DNA of 64,000 nucleotides from Gaiellaceae bacterium (GTDB lineage: Bacteria; Actinomycetota; Thermoleophilia; Gaiellales; Gaiellaceae): contig DATMZV010000020.1 in NCBI GenBank assembly GCA_035573355.1, positions 5,917 to 69,916 on the forward strand, read 5' to 3'. The position numbers were made by a program, and so were the translations under genes. The notes below the pieces were generated by a model. That model searched no databases and had not been told where the DNA came from. It saw only the letters and a list, made by a program, of their open reading frames with translations. How positions within the stretch are numbered: the first letter of the stretch is position 1; each line of letters begins with the position of its first letter. Shown in pieces: positions 50,734 to 59,626 of this stretch.

Positions 50734-52043
50734 AGGCCGCCGTGATCGGTGGGGGCCTCGCAGGCTGCGCCGCTGCGCTCGAACTGGTGGACGCCGGTCA
50801 CGACGTCACGCTCTTCGAGGCCAGGCCAACACTTGGCGGGGCCGTGCAGACGCTGCCGGAGCGAGAGGGCGACCCGGCGCCTCCTCCGGACAACGGGCAG
50901 CACATTGCGCTCGGCTGCTTCACGGAGTACCTCGCGTTCCTCGAGCGCATCGGCGAGAGCAACTCGGTGCGGCGGATGCGGCTGAGCCTGCCGGTCGTCG
51001 ACGAGGAGCGCCGGTGGGCGCAGATTTCGCCCGCCACGATCGTCCTCCCGCGCTACGGCCACCTGCCGTTGCGCGACCGCCCACTCGCGTGGCAGTTGCT
51101 CGCACTGCGGGGCGCCCGCGCACACGAGCACGACGACGAGACTTTCGCGGACTTCCTCCTCGCCAAGGGTCAGTCGCCCCAGGCGATCGAGCGGTTCTGG
51201 GACGTCTTCATCCGTCCTGCGCTCAACCTTCCCTGCGCAGAGGCGAGCGCCGCGATGGGCATCTTCACCGTGCAGACCGCACTCCTTTCGGGTCTGCGTG
51301 CGGGCGAGCTCGTCCTGCCGACGAAGCCGCTCGGCTGGATGCACGGCGACGCGGCGCTCCGGACGCTCGAACGCCGGGGCGCGCAGGTCGAGACCGGCGT
51401 CAGGGTCGACGACGTCGACGACGTTGCGGCCGATGCGATCGTCGTTGCGACGCCGCCCGCGGAATCTGCGCGCCTGCTCGGCGAGCCCGAGCCGAAGCTG
51501 GAGCCGTCGCCGATCGTCAGCGTGCACCTTCTCTTCGACAGGCCGCTCCTGCGGACGCCGCTTGCAGCGCTCCTCGACTCGGATGCGCACTGGGTTTTCG
51601 ATCGGAGCGCTTTGACGGGCGTCAGCCCGTCAAAGAAAGCTCCTGTCCGCGATAGCGGACCAGGGGAGGGGGTTCGGGGGAACCGGGAGGTTCCCCCCTG
51701 GCCGGCCGATGCGCAGTACTTGACGGTCGTCTCGAGCGGCGTGCCAGAGCTGATGGAGGTGCGCGGCCGTGAGCTCGTCGAGCGGATCGCGGGGCAGGTG
51801 ACCGAACGGCTGGGCCACGCCGAGCTGCTCTGGTCGCGGGTCAGCCGCGAGCCGAACGCGACAGTCGCGCTTCGCCCCGGGACCGCCGCGTTGCGTCCCG
51901 GCCCGTTGACCGAACGTCCTCATGTGACGCGCGCCGGCGCGTGGACCGCGACGGGCTGGCCGGCGACGATGGAGAGCGCGGTTCGCTCCGGTCGTACGGC
52001 CGCGAGGTTGTTGTCCGATGTGACAACTAAGGTTGCTGCATGA
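50730..52043 (+). CDS. hpnE: FAD-dependent hydroxysqualene dehydroxylase HpnE-type amine oxidase
   Basis: ATG 50730 (ATGA overlap), 437 aa. MKAAVIGGGLAGCAAALEL. Contains an atypical ~30-aa segment encoded by three hairpins (see findings). Confidence 0.8.
   Translation: MKAAVIGGGLAGCAAALELVDAGHDVTLFEARPTLGGAVQTLPEREGDPAPPPDNGQHIALGCFTEYLAFLERIGESNSVRRMRLSLPVVDEERRWAQISPATIVLPRYGHLPLRDRPLAWQLLALRGARAHEHDDETFADFLLAKGQSPQAIERFWDVFIRPALNLPCAEASAAMGIFTVQTALLSGLRAGELVLPTKPLGWMHGDAALRTLERRGAQVETGVRVDDVDDVAADAIVVATPPAESARLLGEPEPKLEPSPIVSVHLLFDRPLLRTPLAALLDSDAHWVFDRSALTGVSPSKKAPVRDSGPGEGVRGNREVPPWPADAQYLTVVSSGVPELMEVRGRELVERIAGQVTERLGHAELLWSRVSREPNATVALRPGTAALRPGPLTERPHVTRAGAWTATGWPATMESAVRSGRTAARLLSDVTTKVAA
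51610..51697 (+). repeat. Three consecutive hairpins (two perfect, one bulged) inside the hpnE reading frame
   Basis: CTTTGACGGGC-GTCA-GCCCGTCAAAG (51610..51635). GTCCGC-GATA-GCGGAC, extendable with a bulge (51642..51664). GGGGGAACC-GGGA-GGTTCCCCC (51676..51697). Confidence 0.8.
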
Positions 52044-53824
52044 CTGTCGTCCAGGAGCTGACGTCGCTCGACACTGCCGTCGAACTCGGCGCGAAACGGC
52101 TGCTCTCGCTGCAGCACCCCGCCGGCTGGTGGAAGGGCGAGCTCGAGTCGAACGCGACGATGACCGCCCAGCATCTTTTCCTGCTCCACTTCCTCGGCCT
52201 GCGCGACCCGGAGACCGACAGGCTCCTCGCGAACGAGCTGCTCGCGGGGCGCCGCGACGACGGCACGTGGTCGATCTGGTTCGAAGGGCCGCCTGATCTG
52301 TCCGTCACCGTCGAGGCCTACGCGGCGCTGAGGCTGGCGGGAGTCGACGCCGGGGAGGCGACGCGTGACTACATCCGGCGCGCAGGTGGCGTGCCCCGCG
52401 CAAGGATCTTCACGCGCGCGTTTCTTGCGCTGATCGGGCAGTGGCCCTGGAGCCGGCTCGCGCACGTTCCGGTCGAGCTGATTCTCCTGCCGGCGCAGGG
52501 GCCGCTGTCGGTCTACGACTTCTCCTGTTGGGCGCGTCAGACGATGGTGTCGTTGTCGGTCGTGGAAGCGTTGCGTCCGGTGCGCCCGAGCGCCATCGAC
52601 CTGAGCGAGATCGGTGGTCGGAAGACCGCGCCGGGCGGCCGGCCGCACCACTCCGCGCTCCGTCGCCACGCGATCAGGGTTGCCGAGCGCTGGGTGCGCG
52701 AGCGACAGGAGGCCGACGGCTCGTGGGGCGGCATTCAGCCGCCGTGGGTCTGGTCGCTGATCATGCTGGCGGCCCTCGGCCACGGCTTCGAGGACGACAC
52801 GTTCGCCCGCGGGCTCGCCGGTTGGGAGCGGTTCATGGTGCGAGACGGCGATCGCCTCCGCCCCGAGGCCTGTCAGTCGCCGATCTGGGACACGGCGCTG
52901 TCTGTGCTCGCCCTCCGCGCGGCGGGGATCCCGGCCGACGATCCGCGGCTCCAGGCTGCGGGCTCGTGGCTCCTCGGCGAAGAAGTCAGGGTCCGCGGCG
53001 ACTGGGCGATCCGCCGGCCGGGACTGGCGCCGGGAGGCTGGTCGTTCGAATTCGACAATGACCTCTATCCGGACGTCGACGACACGGTCGTGGTCGCGCT
53101 GGCGCTGCGCGAACTGGATCTCGGCGACGAGGCCGTCCGGCGCGGGCTCGACTGGACTGTCGGGATGCAGTCACGGAGCGGCGGCTGGGGCGCGTTCGAC
53201 GTCGACAACGAGGCCTTGTGGCTCTACAGGCTCCCGATCTGCGACTTCGGCAAGGTCACTGACGAGCCGAGTGCCGACGTGACCGCCCATGCCCTCGAGG
53301 CGCTCGGTCACGAATCCGGCTACGACTCTGCCATCGCGTCCGGCCTCGACTGGCTTCTCGCCGAGCAGGAGCCGGACGGCTCCTGGTTCGGCCGCTGGGG
53401 CGTGAACCACGTCTACGGGACTGGCGCTGTGGTGCCGGCTCTCGAGGCCTGCGGAGTTCCTCCGGAGCATCCGGCCATCAGGCGCGCCCTCGCCTGGCTC
53501 GACTCGGTCCAGCAATCGGATGGTGCCTTCGGTGAGGACATCCTCTCCTACAGCGATCCGGCCCTGCGAGGCCGGGGCGCCGCGACCCCCTCACAGACCG
53601 CCTGGGCCCTCCTGGCATACGTGGCGGGCGGGGCCGAGAAAGGCTTGTCCACGAGACGTGCCGCCGAGTATGTTTGCCAGACTCAGCGTCCTAACGGTGA
53701 TTGGGACGAGCAGCACTACACGGGTACCGGTTTTCCCCTCGATTTCATGATTCGCTACCACCTGTACCGATTGACGTTCCCGCTCCTCGCCCTCGGGCGC
53801 CTGAGAGAAAGGCTCAACGGATGA
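52040..53824 (+). CDS. shc: Squalene-hopene cyclase
   Basis: 594 aa. Catalytic DVDDT (YPDVDDTVVV), multiple QW repeats (GGWGAF, DGSWFGRWG, DGAFGE). Confidence 0.92.
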   Translation: MTVVQELTSLDTAVELGAKRLLSLQHPAGWWKGELESNATMTAQHLFLLHFLGLRDPETDRLLANELLAGRRDDGTWSIWFEGPPDLSVTVEAYAALRLAGVDAGEATRDYIRRAGGVPRARIFTRAFLALIGQWPWSRLAHVPVELILLPAQGPLSVYDFSCWARQTMVSLSVVEALRPVRPSAIDLSEIGGRKTAPGGRPHHSALRRHAIRVAERWVRERQEADGSWGGIQPPWVWSLIMLAALGHGFEDDTFARGLAGWERFMVRDGDRLRPEACQSPIWDTALSVLALRAAGIPADDPRLQAAGSWLLGEEVRVRGDWAIRRPGLAPGGWSFEFDNDLYPDVDDTVVVALALRELDLGDEAVRRGLDWTVGMQSRSGGWGAFDVDNEALWLYRLPICDFGKVTDEPSADVTAHALEALGHESGYDSAIASGLDWLLAEQEPDGSWFGRWGVNHVYGTGAVVPALEACGVPPEHPAIRRALAWLDSVQQSDGAFGEDILSYSDPALRGRGAATPSQTAWALLAYVAGGAEKGLSTRRAAEYVCQTQRPNGDWDEQHYTGTGFPLDFMIRYHLYRLTFPLLALGRLRERLNG

Positions 53825-54825
53825 AGTTCCCGCTTCGCTCGACCGTCCAGATCGGCAAGTACGTCGCGAGCCAGCAGCGCAAGGGGGAGCGGTACCCGCT
53901 CGTCCTGATGCTCGAGCCGACGCTCGCGTGCAACATCGCCTGCATCGGCTGCGGGAAGATCCGGGAGTACGAGTCGAACAAGGCCAGGCTCACCGTCGAG
54001 GAGTGCATCGACGCAGGCGCGCAGTGCCCGGCACCGGTCGTGTCGATCTGCGGTGGCGAACCGCTCGTCTACAAGGGCATCGAAGACGTCGTCGCCGGCA
54101 TGCTCGAGCTCGGGAAGAACATCGACCTCTGCACGAACGCGCTTCGCCTGGAGCAGTACCTCGACGTCTTCAAGCCGAGCCATCGCATGACCTTCGTGGT
54201 TCACCTCGACGGCATGCGCGAGATCCACGACTACATCTGCGACTACCCCGGTCTGTGGGACGTTGCCGTGGACGCGATCCGGAAGGCGCGCGAAGCCGGC
54301 TTCCGCGTCACGACGAACACGACGATCTTCAAGGAGACGTCCGTCGACGACGTGCTCGAGATGATGGGCTATCTGACGAACGAGGTCGGCATCGACGGAA
54401 TGCTGATCGCGCCCGGCTATCAGTACTCCCAGATCGATCCCGCGCTGACGATGACCCGCTCGGAGCACGAGGAGAAGTTCCGGATCATCCGCAAGGTTGC
54501 GCGGCAGCGGAACTACCGGTGGCTCGCCACGCCGATCTACCAGGAGTTCCTCACGGGCGAGCGCAAGTTGAAGTGCGCGCCGTGGGGCTCAATCACCCGC
54601 AATCCTTACGGGTGGAAGGGGCCGTGTTACCTGCTGACCGACGGGATCTTCCCGACGTACGACGCGTTGCTCGACGGAATGGAGTGGGAGGACTACGGGC
54701 CCGGCAACGATCCGCGCTGCGAGCACTGCGCGATCCATTCCGGCTTCGAGCCGTCGGCGGCATACGAGGCTGCAGGTTCTTTGCGGGAGGGCGCGAGGAG
54801 CATGGCTTGGACGCTGACGGGCTGA
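53821..54825 (+). CDS. hpnH: Radical SAM adenosyl-hopene transferase
   Basis: ATG 53821 (ATGA overlap), 334 aa. CNIACIGCG radical-SAM cluster motif. Position after shc. Confidence 0.88.
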   Translation: MKFPLRSTVQIGKYVASQQRKGERYPLVLMLEPTLACNIACIGCGKIREYESNKARLTVEECIDAGAQCPAPVVSICGGEPLVYKGIEDVVAGMLELGKNIDLCTNALRLEQYLDVFKPSHRMTFVVHLDGMREIHDYICDYPGLWDVAVDAIRKAREAGFRVTTNTTIFKETSVDDVLEMMGYLTNEVGIDGMLIAPGYQYSQIDPALTMTRSEHEEKFRIIRKVARQRNYRWLATPIYQEFLTGERKLKCAPWGSITRNPYGWKGPCYLLTDGIFPTYDALLDGMEWEDYGPGNDPRCEHCAIHSGFEPSAAYEAAGSLREGARSMAWTLTG

Positions 54826-54839
54826 CGTTCGCTTGTGCC

Positions 54840-55376
54840 ATGACCGTCGAAGAGCGCATCGCTCGCCGGTTGGGGCGGACCGCGGTCGTCGGGCTCGGCG
54901 CCTCGAAGGGCGTGCCTGAGGGACGACTCGTGTCGTTCGGAATCGCGGGCGCGCTTTCCGGTGAGCTGGCGGTTGGAACGGTGATTGATGCGACGCGCGT
55001 CGTCGACGAGTCGGGCGCGGTGCTGTGGGAAGGCGAACCGCTCGGAGCGTCGCCCGCCAGGACCGGGACGATCCTCGGCGCGAGCCGGATCGTCGACGAC
55101 CCCGCGGAGCGGGCCCGGCTGCATGCGGCGACAGGAGCAGACGCGGTCGACATGGAATCGGGTGCGCTCGCACGGAGCGGGCGGCTCGTCGGCTGCCTGC
55201 GGGCGATCAGCGACACGCCGACCCATCGGCTCGGCGGTGTCGCCCAGGGCGCGACGCAAGACGGCGGAGTCGACGTGGTCGGGTTCCTGCGCGGCTTCGT
55301 CCGCGAGCCTGCGGTGACGGTGCGGGCGGCGCGAGGTGCGCGCCGGGCGCTGCGGAGCCTGGAGCGGGTGGCATGA
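54840..55376 (+). CDS. hpnG: Hopanoid-associated nucleosidase (PNP/UDP phosphorylase family)
   Basis: ATG 54840, 178 aa. ...SFGIAGAL...ADAVDMESGALA... Start uncertain; the protein is short for the family. Confidence 0.65.
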   Translation: MTVEERIARRLGRTAVVGLGASKGVPEGRLVSFGIAGALSGELAVGTVIDATRVVDESGAVLWEGEPLGASPARTGTILGASRIVDDPAERARLHAATGADAVDMESGALARSGRLVGCLRAISDTPTHRLGGVAQGATQDGGVDVVGFLRGFVREPAVTVRAARGARRALRSLERVA

Positions 55377-56302
55377 GCAAGCGCGTCCTCCTGGCCGCTC
55401 CGCGTTCCTTTTGCGCGGGAGTCGACCGTGCGATCGAGATCGTCGAGCGACTGCTCGCCGAGCATGGCCCGCCGATCTACGTCCGGCATCAGATCGTTCA
55501 CAACGACCATGTCGTCCGTCGGCTCGAGCTGCTCGGGGCCGTCTTCGTCGATGACGAGAGTGAGATTCCGGCCGGAGAGATCTGCGTCCTGTCCGCGCAC
55601 GGTGTCGCGCCTGCGGTTCGTGAGAGCTGCGAGCGCCGCGGCCTGCGCGTCGTCGATGCGGTCTGCCCGCTCGTCTCCAAGGTGCATGCCGAGGCTCGGC
55701 GCTACGCCGACAGCGGTCATCTCGTAGCGCTCGTCGGCCACGCCGACCATGTCGAGGTGATCGGAACGCAGGGTGAACGGCCCGAGTCGACCGTCGTGGT
55801 GGAGTCGCCGGAGGAAGCGGCACAACTGGACTCCGACGGCAGGCCGGTCGCGGTGATCAGCCAGACGACCCTCTCCCTGGACGACGTGCGGTCGACCGTC
55901 GATGCGCTCGAGAAGCGGTTCGGTACGCTCACACGGCCGGGCGCCGATGACATCTGTTACGCCACCCAGAACCGCCAGGACGCCGTCAAGCGACTTGCCG
56001 AGGAGGCGACGCTCATCTTCGTGATCGGGTCAGAGACGAGCTCGAACGCACAACGGCTCGTCGAGGTGGCAAGGCTCGCGGGCGCGGAGGCCGTGCTGAT
56101 CGACGGCGAGAGCGAGCTCGGCGACGAGCTGGTCTCCCGGCACGAGGTGATCGGCCTGACGGCCGGCGCCTCGACCCCCGGGGAGCTCGTCGACGCGACC
56201 ATCGCACAGCTCGGCGCGCGCGGCTATGACGAGGTGATCGAGATCACGGTGGCCCGCGAGGACGTGCACTTCAGGCTTCCGCGGGAGGTGGCCTCCGCGT
56301 GA
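55373..56302 (+). CDS. ispH: 4-hydroxy-3-methylbut-2-enyl diphosphate reductase
   Basis: ATG 55373 (ATGA overlap), 309 aa. PRSFCAGVDRAI, SAHGV, CPLVSKVH, three-Cys pattern. Confidence 0.9.
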   Translation: MSKRVLLAAPRSFCAGVDRAIEIVERLLAEHGPPIYVRHQIVHNDHVVRRLELLGAVFVDDESEIPAGEICVLSAHGVAPAVRESCERRGLRVVDAVCPLVSKVHAEARRYADSGHLVALVGHADHVEVIGTQGERPESTVVVESPEEAAQLDSDGRPVAVISQTTLSLDDVRSTVDALEKRFGTLTRPGADDICYATQNRQDAVKRLAEEATLIFVIGSETSSNAQRLVEVARLAGAEAVLIDGESELGDELVSRHEVIGLTAGASTPGELVDATIAQLGARGYDEVIEITVAREDVHFRLPREVASA

Positions 56303-56682
56303 CCTCCGTCGAGATCCCCGTCTCGATCGCCGCAGCGCTGCCGAATCTGACGGTGCTCGACATCACGAACGACGTCCGCCGCGAAGTCGCAACGACCGGC
56401 GGGAGCGGCATCGCGTTCGTGTCCCCGAACGGTGACCCGTCGGTAATCCGCGTGCAGGAGCGAGAAACCGGCTTCTTCTCCGATCTCGAGTCAATGCTCG
56501 AGCGCCTCGTGCCGCTCGAGGTAGACGAGCGGACGCGGCTCGTCTCGATGCTGCTCGGGCCGAGGACGGAGCAGATCCCGTTCAGCGACGGCTCGCTCTG
56601 CCTCGGGCACTACCAGCGGATCTTCCTCGTGGCGTTCGAAGACCGCTGCAGCAACGAGTGGATTCTCACCCTGGTTTCCTAG
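56299..56682 (+). CDS. YjbQ/UPF0047-like protein
   Basis: 127 aa, GTGA overlap with ispH. Weak resemblance (LDITNDVRREV...GIAFVSP...GHYQRIFLVAFE). Confidence 0.55.
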   Translation: MTSVEIPVSIAAALPNLTVLDITNDVRREVATTGGSGIAFVSPNGDPSVIRVQERETGFFSDLESMLERLVPLEVDERTRLVSMLLGPRTEQIPFSDGSLCLGHYQRIFLVAFEDRCSNEWILTLVS

Positions 56683-56747
56683 GGGCAACGTCGCGGTTCC
56701 CCTCCGAGTTGCGCTGACTGCGCCGCGAGGCGCACACTGTCTGTGAG

Positions 56748-57407
56748 ATGGAGAGGGCCCGTCGCCACCAGCGACTGCTGGCGCGGTTCGCGCTAGGCCT
56801 GCTCGCGCTCGTCGCCGAGCTGGCGGGCCGCAGTCTCGCTCACCGGCTCGACTTCGGCCGTCACGTCGAGACGCCCTACGCGGGGGCCGAGTACTACCCG
56901 GAACTGGTTGCGGTCGTGAAGGTCGCGGTGGCGTTGATGCTTGCTCGCCTCGCGTGGCGTTTCGCGAAGGCGCGCGCGGTTGCCCGCGGTGCTCGCCGGC
57001 TGTTGATCGCACAGGGCTCGCCGGTCGCGCGCCATTCGCCGCGCGTACGGCTGCAGCTGTCCCCGCGCCTCTGGCTCGGCTCCTTCCTGGTGACCTCGCT
57101 GATCTACCTCGTGCAGATCGACGCGGAGGGAATCTCGGTCGGACGCTGGCCGCTGCTCGCCCCCTGGCTGCACACCGCCGCGCTGCCGGTCTTCGCAGTG
57201 CTGTCGGTCGTCGTGGCGGTCGTGTACCGCGCCGTCGAGAGCTGGCTCTCCGACTACGAGAGCTACGCGCGCGAAACCGTCGCCCGCGCCAGCCGGCTCT
57301 CCGCCGAAGCTCTTTCCCCTCCGCACACGAGTCTCGGCGAGCTCGTCGCACCACGCAGCCTCTTCGGGCTCGCGTTCGAAGTCAGGCCGCCTCCCGCGCC
57401 GGCGTAG
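56748..57407 (+). CDS. Membrane protein, unknown function
   Basis: 219 aa, 4 hydrophobic helices. Followed by a strong hairpin. Confidence 0.5.
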   Translation: MERARRHQRLLARFALGLLALVAELAGRSLAHRLDFGRHVETPYAGAEYYPELVAVVKVAVALMLARLAWRFAKARAVARGARRLLIAQGSPVARHSPRVRLQLSPRLWLGSFLVTSLIYLVQIDAEGISVGRWPLLAPWLHTAALPVFAVLSVVVAVVYRAVESWLSDYESYARETVARASRLSAEALSPPHTSLGELVAPRSLFGLAFEVRPPPAPA

Positions 57408-57433
57408 GCCTGCGGACTCACGTCCGCCGGCCT
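57406..57433 (+). terminator. Stem-loop terminator
   Basis: AGGCC-T-GCGGAC-TCAC-GTCCGC-C-GGCCT followed by TGGTCTT. Overlaps the stop codon of the preceding gene. Confidence 0.55.
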
Positions 57434-57466
57434 TGGTCTTGACCTCGACCACGGGAGGAGGACGTC

Positions 57467-57754
57467 GTGAACGCAGAGCTAGTCACCGAACTCGAAGCAC
57501 CCTTACAACAAACGACCACCAGTACCCGCGCGCGGATCGTGTCCGCGCTCGGGCCGACCGCAGCGCTCGGCGGAGTCATCTGGGCGATCGTCCAGCCGTA
57601 CCGCGTCACCTTGCTGCACCCCACGGGACAGGGGTTCTGGTGGCTGTTCGTCGAACCGCCCCTGCTCGCGATCGCGGTCGGGTTGTTCTTCTACTTCGTC
57701 ATCACGCCGGGGCTGCTGCGGGACCTCGCAGAGGACCATGCAACCGCCGAGTGA
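57467..57754 (+). CDS. Small 2-TM membrane protein
   Basis: 95 aa, GTG behind GGGAGGAGG. First gene after the terminator. Confidence 0.5.
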   Translation: MNAELVTELEAPLQQTTTSTRARIVSALGPTAALGGVIWAIVQPYRVTLLHPTGQGFWWLFVEPPLLAIAVGLFFYFVITPGLLRDLAEDHATAE

Positions 57755-58322
57755 GCACGTCCACTGGCTGTTCGCGACGGGGTTCCTCCTGCTCGCTCTC
57801 TGCCTGCTCGCAGAAGCGGTAGTGGGAACCGACGTCTGGCGACGGCGCGCGTGGCGTGCGTACCTCTGGCCCGGCCTGGCGTTCGCGCTCGGCGTCCTGA
57901 TGTGGCCGGTGATGACCTTCTACACCAACTCGGCGATCCACATGATCGCGCACGGTGCGTGGGCTCAGGTCTTGATGGGCGGCGCGGCGATGGAGCTCGG
58001 GCTCGTCAGCGGGAAGCTCCGTAGCGGCTGGTGGCGTTTGGGGATGCCCGCCGGCTTCCTCGTCTCGGGCGCCGCCTTCCTGGTGCACGAGCAGAACTCC
58101 TGGCTCTTCCAGCGCTCGGCGTTCACGCACCACCTGCTCGGCTGGACGCTCGTCGTGGCCTCGATCTTCCCGCTCGTCCGGGTCTTCAGGCCGCGCTCGC
58201 AGATTGCGGCGACGGGCTTTGCGCTCACTTTCGTCGTCGTGGCCGTCACGCTCTATTGCGATCGAGACGTCGCGCAGATCTTCGGGCACATCTCGCCCCT
58301 TGCAGGAGCACCGCATCGATGA
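57738..58322 (+). CDS. His-rich polytopic membrane protein, unknown function
   Basis: 194 aa, about 6 TM helices. Conserved-looking His (IHMIAHGAW, FLVHEQ, FTHHLLGW). 17-nt overlap upstream, ATGA overlap downstream. Confidence 0.55.
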   Translation: MQPPSEHVHWLFATGFLLLALCLLAEAVVGTDVWRRRAWRAYLWPGLAFALGVLMWPVMTFYTNSAIHMIAHGAWAQVLMGGAAMELGLVSGKLRSGWWRLGMPAGFLVSGAAFLVHEQNSWLFQRSAFTHHLLGWTLVVASIFPLVRVFRPRSQIAATGFALTFVVVAVTLYCDRDVAQIFGHISPLAGAPHR

Positions 58323-59626
58323 GACGGCTGCTGTTCATCGGCGTCCTGGCGTTGCTCGTCTTTCCGTCCGAGGCGTTTGCGCATGCGACGCTGCTGAGGA
58401 CCACGCCTCAGTTCCGACAGCGGTTGCCGGCATCGCCACCGACGGTCGTTCTCCGCTTCGACCAGTACGTCAAGGTGCTGCCGCAATCGGTTCAGCTGTT
58501 CTCGGCGACGCACCCCTTGCATGTGAAGCGAATCTGGGCCGACGGTCTTTCCGTCAAGGCGGCACTACCTCGGCTGCCCAGAGGGCCTTACACGATCCGT
58601 TGGCATGCACTCTCCGGCGACGGTCATGTCGTCTCTGGAGTCTTCACCTTCGGCGTGCGGGCGAACGCTCCGCCGCCGACGGAGGCGTTCGGCTCATCCG
58701 GTCCGACTCGCAGCGAGGACGTCGTCCGCTGGCTGTACTTCGTCGCGCTCGCGCTGATCGTCGGCGGGCTCGGGTTTCGCCTCCTCGTGCTGCGCGGCCG
58801 CGCCTTGACGCCCAGGGCGGAGCGGAGGTTCTTTATCCTCACCGGCATCGGCGTCATCGCCACGCTCGATGCCGGCATCGTCGCTTTCCTCATGCGCGCC
58901 GAGGATGCCCTGCAGCTGCCGTTCGGCCGGCTTCTTTACGGCGATCTCTCGCCGCTTGCGCGCTCGCGGTTCGGCCACGCGTTCATCGCCATGACTCTCG
59001 GCTTTGCTTTCGTCGCCGCCTTGCTCTTCCTCTCGTGGCTTACCGACCGGGCGTTCCTGTTGTGGCCGGCGTTCGTGCTCGCGCTTCTGTTCGCCTCGGG
59101 GCTCTCGCTATCTGGTCACTCTGCCGCCGATGCAGGCTCATCGTGGAAGTCGCAGCTCGCGGACTGGGCGCATCTCTCCGCCGCCTGTCTCTGGATCGGC
59201 GGTCTGATCCAGCTCGTCGCCGTCGTCTGGCCGCTGATGCCCGATGCGCGGCGCGAGGCCTTCCTCGCCTTTTCGCGGCTTGCAACCGTCTGCGTCGGCG
59301 TCCTCCTGGCCGCGGGGATCTACCTGGCGATCCTGCGCCTGCCACAGCTGAAAGATCTCTGGACGACCAACTACGGCGAGGTGCTCCTCGTCAAGATCGG
59401 ACTCGTGTCGCTCGCGCTCGCGTGGGGTGGACTGCACAAGCTTGTGGCCGTGCCCGCACTGGCGGGTGGCGAGGAGGGAAGAATGCTGCCGCGCCTGCGC
59501 GGGAGCTTGCTCGGCGAGAGCATGGTCGGCATGGCCGTGCTGCTCGCCGCCGCCGTGCTCGTGGACGCGAAGCCGCCGGTTCCCCCGGCGCCCACGCCAC
59601 CGGCGGCGAGTAGCGTTCCCAGGTAG
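58319..59626 (+). CDS. CopC-CopD fusion copper-handling membrane protein (YcnJ-like)
   Basis: 435 aa. Signal peptide, CopC start HATLLRTTPQ...YTIRWHALSGDGHVVSG, then about 8 TM helices of CopD type. Confidence 0.8.
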   Translation: MRRLLFIGVLALLVFPSEAFAHATLLRTTPQFRQRLPASPPTVVLRFDQYVKVLPQSVQLFSATHPLHVKRIWADGLSVKAALPRLPRGPYTIRWHALSGDGHVVSGVFTFGVRANAPPPTEAFGSSGPTRSEDVVRWLYFVALALIVGGLGFRLLVLRGRALTPRAERRFFILTGIGVIATLDAGIVAFLMRAEDALQLPFGRLLYGDLSPLARSRFGHAFIAMTLGFAFVAALLFLSWLTDRAFLLWPAFVLALLFASGLSLSGHSAADAGSSWKSQLADWAHLSAACLWIGGLIQLVAVVWPLMPDARREAFLAFSRLATVCVGVLLAAGIYLAILRLPQLKDLWTTNYGEVLLVKIGLVSLALAWGGLHKLVAVPALAGGEEGRMLPRLRGSLLGESMVGMAVLLAAAVLVDAKPPVPPAPTPPAASSVPR

